From Obrimoposthia wandeli (lineage: Eukaryota): a DNA stretch of 64,000 bases. The notes under the pieces were generated by a model. It saw nothing but the letters and a program-made list of their open reading frames with translations, was not told the DNA's origin and did not search any database. The DNA lies in assembly GCA_977020255.1 (NCBI GenBank), contig CDROCS010000004.1, positions 62,001 to 126,000 on the forward strand. Direction: 5' to 3'. Numbering within the stretch: the first letter of the stretch is position 1; every line of letters begins with the position of its first letter. The position numbers and the translations under genes are program-made. Below, in pieces: positions 23,301 through 35,300 of this stretch.

Positions 23301-26300
23301 AGCGGTTTATCAAAAATACATAATTCAGTTTTGGCGCAACTCATTTTGCAAATATTGTTCCTTCAACATTCTTACGTTTGTTTATATTAATTTTTAGCTT
23401 CTTTTTACTTTTAAATCCACTACCTCCTTGGCTTTTATTTGATTTACGTTTTCTAATCAAATTAGCAACTTCAGGTAAAACATTATCAAGTTCATCAAGC
23501 GCATGCTTCTTAAAAGTTGGTATTAGTTTGTTGTCCTTAGATGAAAGGTAATCCTTTCCTAATTTTGATATAAATCGCCCGAGTCTCTTTAAAAGAGGAA
23601 AGGCAAATCTACCTAATGTTCTAAGCCAGCCAGATCCGTATTGTTTACCAACAAAATATGGTAATTTTCCACCTTGTTGGCTTTGACTATAAGCTTCAAT
23701 TATTGCTGGATTCGCCATTTTGTTTTCTTAAATGTATTGTTAAACTTGTCTTGGCCACGTACGTGAAATCTATTAGTTGTCCAGAATCATCTCTAATATA
23801 TACTTCAATATTGTTTATAGAAAAGAGAGAAACTGGAAGATACATTGGTTGATCTATACACATACCGACAGCGTCCCCATCTCTAGTTTCATTTTTAGAA
23901 ATCCATATTGTTCTCAAAAGTGGAACTCGCTGTCCTCCTACAAGCGTTGGTTCTATTCTGCTCCAATTCTGATCAAAGTTTTTAATAAATGGAGTAGAGC
24001 TAATTTTCGAAATTCGAACATATTCGTTTTTCTTATATTTTGCTTTTTTTAATTTAATCTTTTTTATTCCTGTTCATCCAAATGTCCATAGAGTTTTTAT
24101 TAGTAACATCAACAGGTCTCATTCCCTTGAGACCTCTATGTTCAGAGTGATTATATGCATGTATTATTTTAGGTAAAACTTGGATCCATTTTTTATTTCC
24201 TTCTTTTGTGAAATACTTTTTTATTCGATCTCTTAGAGTACGATTAAATCTTTCTACTACTGCTGCTTTGTATTGTGAAAACACAGAGTAGTGATTTATA
24301 TTATTTTGTTTAAATAATGATTGAACTTGCTTATTATAAAATTATTTTCCTAAATCAGTTTGCACTTTTTGTGGAATGTCCTCTTTTAATATTTCTTTAA
24401 TGGCTTCAAGCATAGCTATTGAAGACTTTGCTTTAACTGGAATTGCACGAGTAAACCTGCTAAATACATCAATACATTTTAAAATATATCGATATCCCTT
24501 ATTAATGGAAGAATATGGGATCATCTCCATCGAATCCATTTGCCATAAATTATTAGGACCGCTGGTTTTGTAAGCTCTAGTTGGAAACCTTCTTCTCATC
24601 GGCTTGTTCAGACTGTAGGCTAACTGGTCGCTCAGCCATTTCTGCGTTTTCTTGTAATTTTGTTTTGTTCTTTTTGCTAATTTTGAAACTCCTGTGTAGC
24701 CAATTGGATCTTTTGGATTGAACCATATCTTCTCCATTACAACAATTTGAATAGAAAGAAAATTTAAGTTTAGGCAAAGAAGGGCTAGCACCCATATCTT
24801 TAGCTGATTTTAGAAATAATAGTTTATGAACGTGTCGCAGCTATAATACTACTGATAATTGAAGCAACAACTGGAATAACAGCCCCTATGAAACCACCAT
24901 TCTGTTTAAGAATAATATTTCGTTTCCTTTTTTTACTTTTTACATTAGCAATATCTAGAAGAGTTTTTCTATATTTCTTTAATATATTTTTCCGATTTCC
25001 AACTTTTACTCGACCCAAAACTATATTATACAAAACTTCCAATAAATCATCTACAACAAAGGATGGAAATGCTTTAAGAATAATCATTCTCTTATTAGAA
25101 GAAGCTTTGACTAAAGTTTTAAAATAGGGTATGCTTCTTTGTATTTTCTTCATTTTAATAAAAAAGGTTTAATTTAAATATTGTTTATATTCGAAGCCAT
25201 TAAAGTTTTTTTTTATTTTTAACTACAGATTTGATTAATTTTTTCACTTCTTTTTTCTTAATGATTCTTTTTTTTGATTTCTTAGATTTTACTTTACGTT
25301 TTACTATCAACTTTGTAAAAGGCATTGGGAATTTATTTTTTATAATTGTTCTCTATTTCTTTATAAACAGTTACTCCCTTAGAATTAAATATGTCTGTTA
25401 AAACACGTAAATCATCTGGGCAAGCTTGTGTAAAGTCAATAAATATATACCCATGTGCTTGTTTAGCAGCATCATGGAATGAATCAACTAGAAAGTTCTT
25501 ATTTTGAGGAAATGCCTGTCTGGCCACAAAATCAACAACTGTTTGATCTCTAGGATTTTTAAATAAAACTAAGTAATGTACATTAAGATTTCTTGTTTAA
25601 TACATTTATTAATCACAACATCACAATGAGATATGTCAGCAAAGATAAGGTCCATCCTAAAAAAACGTATTGAAATAACAAATAAGTTAGAGTCTAGGTG
25701 CCATAGGGATCTAAAATTTTAAAAAACTAAACTAAAAAAATCAAAAAATGAAAACCGTTTAAATTCTGAAGTGTCCATAAGCCAGGCTAGCGTTCTTTTC
25801 TACCCAAAAGCGCTTGTCGTCATTACTACTCAAAGCGATTTTGGTTGATTTATGGGAATACAGTTGATGGGCTCTTGAAATAAATCTACTTTGCTCAACG
25901 TTTTCAATACACCCAGTATCATAAACTTTCCGGTAGGCCTCATGTGTAAGATTGTTTCTTCCCACACCCTTTGCTCTCATTGAACATGTATTATTAGATG
26001 CATGTAAAGTTTACATTGTAAACTGTAGCATTTAGGGCGTAGGAAAATACAATCATCATACGAAACCTGTCCCTCGCTTTCATCCTTAAATTTCCCGATA
26101 ATGTCCTTTAAACTCATAGAGTGTAGAGGATGGTTAGCGGGATATTTATGGGTATCTAGTAAGTTGTCCCTAAACATTGCTGGTAATAATTGATTATTTA
26201 AACTAACATTCCTACATTCTAAAATGCCTGTCTGGCCACAAAATCAACAACTGTTTGATATCTAGGATTTTTAAATAAAACTAAGTAATGTACATTAAGA

Positions 26301-29300
26301 TTTCTTGTTCTATGGTGACCTCCTTGGTGAAACAGATTTTGAGTGATAAATATAACTGTTACTTCACGATGTCTTGCAATCTTTGTAAATAAATTATTAA
26401 AGTCCGATTCCTTGTTAGCCTCCTCATACAAATCATCAATTATTATTACATCTTCTTTTTTTCAATCTTTCACACCAATTTGCATCAAATCCTTCAATAA
26501 ATTTTATACCCTTCAACTTGCAAACTTCTGTTTTGGTTAACCCGCTTTCCCTCCTCCACCATGATGCCAATAAATATTTTTGAAACTAGATTTGAAAAGA
26601 GATTCATTTTGCAACAATTTACAGACGAAATGTGTCTTTCCACTTCCACTTGGGCCAACTATTTGAAATACAGCATTATTATTTAGCTCCATTGCATATA
26701 CTCTTTCATTTTTAATATTGTTTATATTATCATAGAAGTTTCCTTATTGAAATGTACAATGTTAGAGCTATTGTAGATGAAATACAAAAATTAATTAATG
26801 AATATTTGGCTATAATTTTATTTATTTGTGTACGATTTCTAAATTCTCGAATAACGTGAGATCTAACAAATATTTCAATGTTATCTCTTGTTATATCATT
26901 ATTTTTTAATTCTGATAAAATTTCTTTAACCCTAATTTTTCCAGAAAAAATTTCATCGGCAAGCCGATCCACTTCATTGTCTCTATTTATAGTATTATTC
27001 ATTCAAAACAATAAGTTTAAACGGGTTTGTTTATAGAAAAGATAACAAGATGTAATAAGATATATTTTCTAAAATCAAATCAACTATGTCTGGATAATCA
27101 AAATTTTTCAATCCCAATATCATAACTTTACCACTGGAAAATATATTTACACATAGCGGTTTAAACTTCAAATAACTGAGAGCAGGAAAAATTTCTGGTT
27201 CAAACATGCATTCTTCTTTCATTTTCTCTGCAGTTTTAAAAATATTTATCTGTTTCCCGAGATTAGCCGAAATCGTGATTGATTGTATTGCAGTGATTTG
27301 AATTCCAAATGGTAAATTGAACCCAAGCATTGGTATTTTGCATCCCATAACACGACAATTTCCTAAAGAATTCAATATAAAAATAAAATAAAAAACTAAC
27401 CTGTAGGAAAAATAACAACTGTGAAATTGTCAAACTTTTCTACATATTGTCTCGGCTTCCATTCATTGAATGGTAAGTACGAAACATCATCTTCTGTTCT
27501 ACCTTTATAATTTATATTTACGAGTTTCATTAGACTGAAATTGTATTCTGTAAAATCTTCTTTATATATGTCTGAACCTGCTTTTTTATTGCACGTTTCT
27601 TGTAATTATCTTGCAAACCTATTATAATTGGATGATATATTTCTTCCAATAAATTTTGATTTTTAATATAGATTTAGTCCAATCAAATTCAATGCTTTAG
27701 TTATATTAACCAATGAGATTCTTGTCTTTGTTAGAAATTAGTATAAAAGAATGCGCCATTGGAGGACAAATCACAGTAAATGCATTCATATCAAAGACAA
27801 TTATCAACGATGGACGATAGCCAACGGGTATTAAGCGATGACGAAGAAATGTTTGAAGAATCGGATAAGGATATGTATGAAGAAGTGAAACAATATTTCA
27901 AATACAAAGTCAGATTCTTGAAGAAGGCTCAACTGATTGCTTTAGTAAATCCTGTGACAATTGAAAGAAGAAAGTTCAGCTACTATCTATCAGGTATTCA
28001 AAAACCTGATTTTCAATATCTTAAACAGAAAATAGAAAAGGCAGTTCCAAATTTTACTTTCAATAAGAACGAATTTTATATCCGAGGAGCCGATGAAGCA
28101 TTTCTAGATGACTATGGAAGATATGTTGATATTGATGCGTTTCCGAAAAAGAAGCAATGGACTCTAACAATTCGACTTTATGGTTACAAGAAAGATGAAA
28201 TGGGGACAAAGTTGCCTATGTGGAAAATTGAACGTGCTCATATTTCTATGTTTTAACTTTTGTGTGTAATAAATTGTAATCGGTTTTACTATGTTTCTTT
28301 CATTTAATAATCAGTTTTATTTGTATCTTATTTGTATCTTATGTGTATTTTTTTATAAACATTGTTTTTAATCAGTTTCCTTATTTTAGAATGGATATGA
28401 GATGTGTAGCAAATTTTTATTATCCAAAAAGAATTTCAAAAAGAAAACTATGTAATATATTAATGAGGCATCAAATTATACGAATTATGAATCCTGTGAA
28501 AATATCAAAAGTGGAGAAAAAATATCTCATCGAAATTTTAACAACAACTGATTTTGATCAACTGAAAAATATTTTGGGCTTTTACATTCCTGATTATGTA
28601 TATGAAGGAAATTGTTTCGAGCTTGAAACTGATCCCAGTCTGGATTTTAAAGATGATCTAGGATATTTGATTGCTCCAATTCTAGATGAAGAACTATGGA
28701 ATATCTCAATACGTCTGAATGGATATTTTGCTGATGACGGGAAAATGCAGCCTCTCTGGACTTTGAGTGAAGCCAATATGTTGTTTTATGTTTAATAAAT
28801 ATTTTGAAAAATAATTTTGTCTCGTATTTTGTTTTTGCTCCTCTAAATTATATAGATCTGACCGATTTTTCTCCTCTAAATTCTAAAACTGACATAGATA
28901 TTTAACATGTAGTAATTTATTAATCTAAAATCTTTCTTAAAAATAGTAGTAATATTTGAAATCTCGTCTGCGAAAAGCCGCCGGGGTCAATATGGATTCT
29001 CGTGGTCTTCTCTAACCACTTTTGAGATTCATGGTAAAAGTTTAACAAATATGGTGGTGGGTAACCCCCTTCCTTCCCCCTTTGGGCGGGATGGAGACAC
29101 ACATACACAAAATTTCACTCCACACACCTACACGAAATTTCACTCCACACACATGCTCGGTTTTAAAGGACAGGGGGAGGGGGGTGTGGATTAGACCGGA
29201 CACATCCACCTACTTTAGTATATTTAAAAAATAATTAACACCGATTATATGATAGTAACTGACCTCTTAGGCGGGGTGCAACGATTTAATTTAAAAAAAA

Positions 29301-32300
29301 CAATACTTGTGTAGGCTACTGGCTGATATTTGAGATTCCCTGAGTAATTTGTAACGGCTAATACATAGAAGCTGCTGGTAACAAGATTGATTGGGTTTAG
29401 TAAATAAAGGTTCACCCTCATGGGATACGTTATCTCTGTTAATTATAGTTTTTTATCTACTTTACCTTAAAAATTATTATATTTGAAAAATTTAAGGGAC
29501 TTGTAGAAAATATTTCCATTCAGCATCTTTCATAATATTATAGAAAAACGTTTTAAACAATTAATTCACAAATTTTATTAAAAAATAAAGCTTATAACCT
29601 TATGGATGGATATCAATTATGTGTAACAGTAGCAAAATAAAGTATAACATAGAAAAAGATATTTTTTGAATGTTTCCAATTGATTTGTCATTTGATAATA
29701 ACATTTAATCACATTTGAGTAATATACTGCATGGTGTTGAAGGTCGTATTTACTTTATATACGTTACACGTTTCTGTTTTAACGTGTAACATTTGATCCG
29801 TATATTTTTGTCTGAACTCTAGCCGAAATTTTGTCGTTTTACTTGTTTATTATTATTATTAAATCAGAATTTAGGAAATTCAACTCTTAATTTGTTCGAC
29901 TTTAACAATTCAAATCAATATTGTTTCATTTTCTTTGATTATCGTGATATAGAATGAGAGGCTGAAATGTTTTAACAAGCACTAAAATGCTTTATGTTGT
30001 GTGCATATGTGTATGAAGTATGCGTATGTAGTTGGTCAATTGGACATTGTTTTGTGTGTGTTGTCAGTATGTCAGACATGTTATTAAATTTCCGTTTTGC
30101 AGTTAATTGACGAAATAGAGAAGATATGATGCAATTAGTTTTGTCATATTTGTGTTGTAAATAAAATTTTAAAAATGTCTATATTATTACAGTTTTATGA
30201 GTGTTTTCATTGAGGCTGTTTTATGATCTTCCATTGATTGTTTTTATTTAAGATATTCGTAACATATTCTAATGTTGATTTGCTTGTTTCCATTTTGTAT
30301 AGTCCAAATGGGTACGTGCACATGACTATTTTCACAGTTTGAAATTTTTGAACGTCACAATTTGGTATGATAAAATAATTTAAAATAAACCCACATTCAA
30401 TTACATAAATCAAACTGTATTTCGTGAATTGTTAGGAATAGAGGTTCTAACAGATATTTTGAATCACCTCTATATATATTGAAATGATTCACGTATTTTG
30501 AGAGTGAATTTTCACGATCTATTGTTTTTCTTATCGAAAGACTTTTTTGAACATAATTCCAAGGTTTTATTATAGGTTATCCTAATTTTTTGATATATGG
30601 TCAAGAATGTACCGCAAATTTTTCTACTTATTTGGATGACCAAAGACGTGTACCCCTGCAAAAGTGACATTGACGAACAAGATATACTTATCATATATAG
30701 CAGAGGTATTCAAAACATGGTACAACAAAAGCTTTTTACAGAACGTATCAACCCAGTCTACTGCACATATCTCCCTACCCAAGAATGTGAATTGTTAATT
30801 GATTTGCGGAATAGATTCCAGTCACAGTTTTCTCGTTTAGTTTAGGTTTATTTTGTTTATTATCTGCAAGTCACGCTATTTGAAGTTATTCGATTTAGCA
30901 ATGAGATGCATACTTCCTCTTGTTTATGTGAAACTAGCTTTTCCCACTACAATACAATGAAGAGCAAACTAATTAGCCGATTGAAAGCGAAACCCTGCAG
31001 CTCTGCTATAAACATAATAAAACTCAGCAAACATAATAAAAATTTGTGCTCCTCACTAATATGGGTACCAGTTATTTGTTATTTATTCTGTGTGCATATT
31101 TAGTAAATATTAAATATATTACATTTGCATGTTTGATTTGCCTTATCCTTATATTTTTTTAGCATGGATACTAGTTGGGAATTAAATAGACGATGTGAAT
31201 GTTAGGGAATTGGTATACCGTAATGGCATTGGGCCCCTCCTGGGCGTCATGGCTTTAAAATCAATAGGGACGAGTTCCACCACCGACCTTTGAGTGGAAT
31301 TTTGGGGAGGATTTGTCAGTACAAGTGAAATTAGGATCACAGTTCAAACTGACACCCAAATTATATACAAATCTTTTGCCTTACAGTTATGTTAAACAAA
31401 TATGGTGTTAAATATTTTCATTTTTTAACATATATATTCTAACTGTTTGACACACACGCGGGGTCATATTATCTAGTCCGATGTGGTTCCCCCGTCCATG
31501 ACGTTTTCCAACTATTATAAAAATGCTTATAAGCTATCACAACATGGGATCTTTTTATAGTTAAATCTGCATATTGGAAAACATAAATATCTTAGTAACC
31601 TGATGACGTTTTAGCTATTGTAAATTTTCCAAAATAAATTCTAAATAAACCTAGTATGAGTCAGAGAGCGCACATATTAGAGTGTCTGTACGCTTACGAC
31701 TGTATAAGTTACAGATATTGATTCAACAAAAAATCAAGATATGTTTTCATGGTGTACCAAGCCCTACACTCTTGAATTATTCGTTTAGGCACAGTCTGAC
31801 TGTTAGTTGACTTTACTGGCAACAAAGATAACAACATCGAGTGTGAAGTCGAACTAAAAAGTCAAGGATCACGTAGGTGCAGTGACAACTTCAGACGAAG
31901 AAGTAGATAATGCAAACAAAGATATTGATGAAGATATACCATTTCAATTTTACTTTAGTGAATAAGTTGGTTCCGCAGTCGTTGCGAGATGTGGTACTGA
32001 ATAATGGCAATCTGTCGAAGAGACGAGTCGTGGTCAATGTGATATACATGCTTATACACTGCTGAACTCGTTTCCTGTTATTCCTGAAGAGATCATAAAC
32101 GTTTCCCTGATGAACACTAACATTAGTGAGCGATTCTTTTATGAAATAACACCAATCTGAACGAGATCATATATATTTGAACTGGCGAGAACGTTTCTAT
32201 ATGTTTACTTTTTTATAAATACATTCATACAATGCCTCAAGGCGCAACTTATTCTCCCAGAAAACATTATTAGGCATGTGATTCCAATTGAGAAACACTT

Positions 32301-35300
32301 TGGGCAGTTGAAAGCTACATTGAGGTTTCACGACTCGTTATGGCACGACCGTACATTCATATGAACATTTTCTATTGACGAGATCCTCGTCGAGTTTCAT
32401 GAAGGGTTATCTTCAGGCAGTGCATCCCAACTAAACCAAGTAAGAATCAATGTGTAACTGGGTAATGTAAGCAGAGACTGAAACCTCTCTAACATGTATC
32501 ATATGAAACAGAAAAGACGCCCTCGAAGAAGCAGAAAATACGAAACACGCAATCACGTTCCTGGTTTTTGGAAGGAGAACGCAACATTACGACTGACAAT
32601 TGATTCAGCACTGATTGGAAGAGTGAAAGCGAGTGCCATGAGCCTCCCAGCGGTTGCCAAATCAATTGACGGACGTCAACGTTGAAACACAAAATATTTG
32701 TAATACAGCAAAGCAACTCTCTTTTCCTTCTGAGACAAAGTCAACATGCTGGTGAATGAGATTTTCACGGTGCACAGTGCACTTAGATTAGGGGAAAAGT
32801 GATATAATTGAGTTCTATAATCAGACAAAGTCTGGAGCCGACACAATAGATAAAATAGTTCAGAGCGCAAGTACAGTCGTTTGCGGACTGATTAACTGCA
32901 GTGTTTATTTCTGCTATCATTTATGGGATCAACGACAAACTATGAGGGGAAATATTGGCTATGAACCTTTTCTTTCAATAGTTTGTCTTGATTTTCCCGG
33001 GCAACAGTTGCTACAATCTTCTGTACGTGCTCTTAAAAAATCAAGAGGCTATTTATGACTAAGGGTTTCTAACTGAATGTCCCGCATGAAATGCCAACGC
33101 TGCAGTTAACTTGTTTATTTGAATTATAATGTAACTATGTTCTCCTCTCACCAGTGGTACAATATAATTCTTGTAACTAAAAACTAGTAACTGAATATGT
33201 ATTAAATTTTTATTACACTTTTGGTGCTAATATTCCGGGTGATACATATTTTCTACTTTCTACCATCATTTGTAACATAACGATGTCTCTGATGGTACTA
33301 AAAGTCGGTTAAACTAGTGTAAATTTGTGATGGGAGCTAATTAAGGGTCAATTTGAACTATACTAAAATTCATAGAGATATGTAGGCTTAAGACGACAAA
33401 AATTCCCTCTAGTCTGTAATTTCCGATTGAGATGGCTTCATTTTAAGTTGGAAAAACTGAAAGCGGCTCTAATACATCCTAAACTTTGACGCTATCCGAT
33501 CATCAAGGATATTAAAATCCAAGAATGCTCATGGGAACTGTAATTTAAATCGCTTATTATTGTAATGAACTGAGAAATAATCTTACCTTCGTTGCAGGTC
33601 GTACAACGTGTCGAATCTGATGGAAGACCTGAAGTCACTATACCGCCACTCTGGTCAGCAAGGCAAAGGCATCACGTTCCTGTTCACCGACAACGAGATC
33701 AAGGACGAGAGTTTCCTGGAGTTCCTCAACAACATGCTCAGCTCTGGCGAGATTGCCAACTTGTTCGCTCGTGATGAGATGGACGAGATCCTCCAAGAGC
33801 TGGTTGGTGTCATGAAGAAGGAGCATCCGCGCCGACCACCCACAAATGAGAACCTCCAGGTAGGTCGTACGTTATTCTTATAAACACTAAATATGTCTAG
33901 CAGTATTTGCGATATATCTTGTAATCAGTGAATAGGTCAAAAAACTATATAAAGGCTGTTTCAAAATAACTGTTACAACTTCATTTCCTAGTAATTCTCG
34001 AAAAACAGTTTGTGTGCAATTTATTTTTCAAATTTTATATATTAAATAAATCAATTTTTGGATAGATTGAACTTTGTCATATAGTGATACACGATATTCT
34101 ACTTTCAGGAGTACTACATGAGCCGCGTGTTGCGCTATCTACATGTAGTCATGTGTTTCTCTCCCGTGGGTGAGAAGTTCCGCAGCCGATCGCTGCGTTT
34201 CCCGGGTCTAATCAGTGGCTGTACAATCGATTGGTTCCAGCGTTGGCCACGGGATGCCCTCATTGCCGTTTCCGATTACTTCATTTCCTCATTCGAAATT
34301 GTCTGCTCACCTGAAGTCAAGAAGGCTGTAGTCAATACTATGGGCACTTTCCAGGCATGTGTTTGCTATTGAGCCTTACATCCTACTAGAGAGATGTCAT
34401 GGGGGCAATTCTATCTAAATTTTTTTTAATTTCAAAAGTTAATCTCTCCTAACCGTGAAATATTTTTACAAAATATAGTAAATCTTTATTCAATTTATGC
34501 TATATTTAAATTTCAAATTATAAAAATATAATCATGAAACTTTACATGTAAAAATGTAGATGAGAGATCTTTGTGGCGCACTATAGTTTGTGTGTAGGGC
34601 TTCAATTGAACTTCACATATAATTTGTGGCCTTGCGTGAAAACATTAAACAAGAAGGCTAATCGCCAGATTGGTCAAACATCAGTTCTGATAAAATACGG
34701 ATTAACCTATGAAAACGTCAATTTTTTTAATTGAGTTTTTCATATGATTATTTTTATTATTTTAGTTTTCACCTTAAACTTATTTTCAAACAAATTAATT
34801 TTGCATTTTATTATTAAGAGTGGATAATAAATTAAAATTGCATCAAACAGGTCTTGGATGGAAATACGTAACGTAAACATATAAATTGGTGATGAAAAAT
34901 AAAGAGCAAGTCCTGGCGGAAGATCATTATGAATAAGAGTTTATTTGATGGATAATAATAATATTGTTATGTGTGATAATGATGTTGTAAAATATGCAAT
35001 TCGACATTTTGTGTCAGTTGTTTTAATACTGAGTTGTGTTCTGTATGTGTAAATAATAGAAGCTTTAGTTGTTTTCCTCATAACAAATGCAAGAAATAGC
35101 ATGCTAATAATCGAGGACGGAGATTTTCTAAAAATGAATAAAGATTCATTGATTGTGTTCGTCAACATCAAATATTCAAGAACCTAACGCTATTGAACCG
35201 CATATGCGATGCGGATTATGAATAAAATAATTTAATTCATATTATACCTTAATAAAATGAAAATTTGTATTGTACAAAATCAAAGATTTCATAATGTACA

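Larger units (their letters stand above)
18006..29214. mobile_element. Polinton/Maverick element 2, rearranged non-autonomous fold-back copy in a dynein intron
   Basis: Both ends read 5'-AGTAGGTGGATGTGTCCGGTCTAATCCACACC. A 6-bp TSD TTAGTA flanks it at 18000-18005 and 29215-29220 (6-bp TSDs are typical of Polintons). Polinton genes lie inside. Confidence 0.96.
25596..29214 (-). repeat. Right inverted arm (about 3.62 kb) of element 2
   Basis: Mirror of 18006-21631; the match ends at TTTAATACATTT (25596). Confidence 0.96.

Noticed and set aside
18006-29214. Inverted arms as a pure assembly artefact
   Set aside because: The arms differ at about 15-20 sites, both ends carry a matching 6-bp TSD, and the junctions show microhomology. 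An artefact is unlikely but only raw reads can exclude it.
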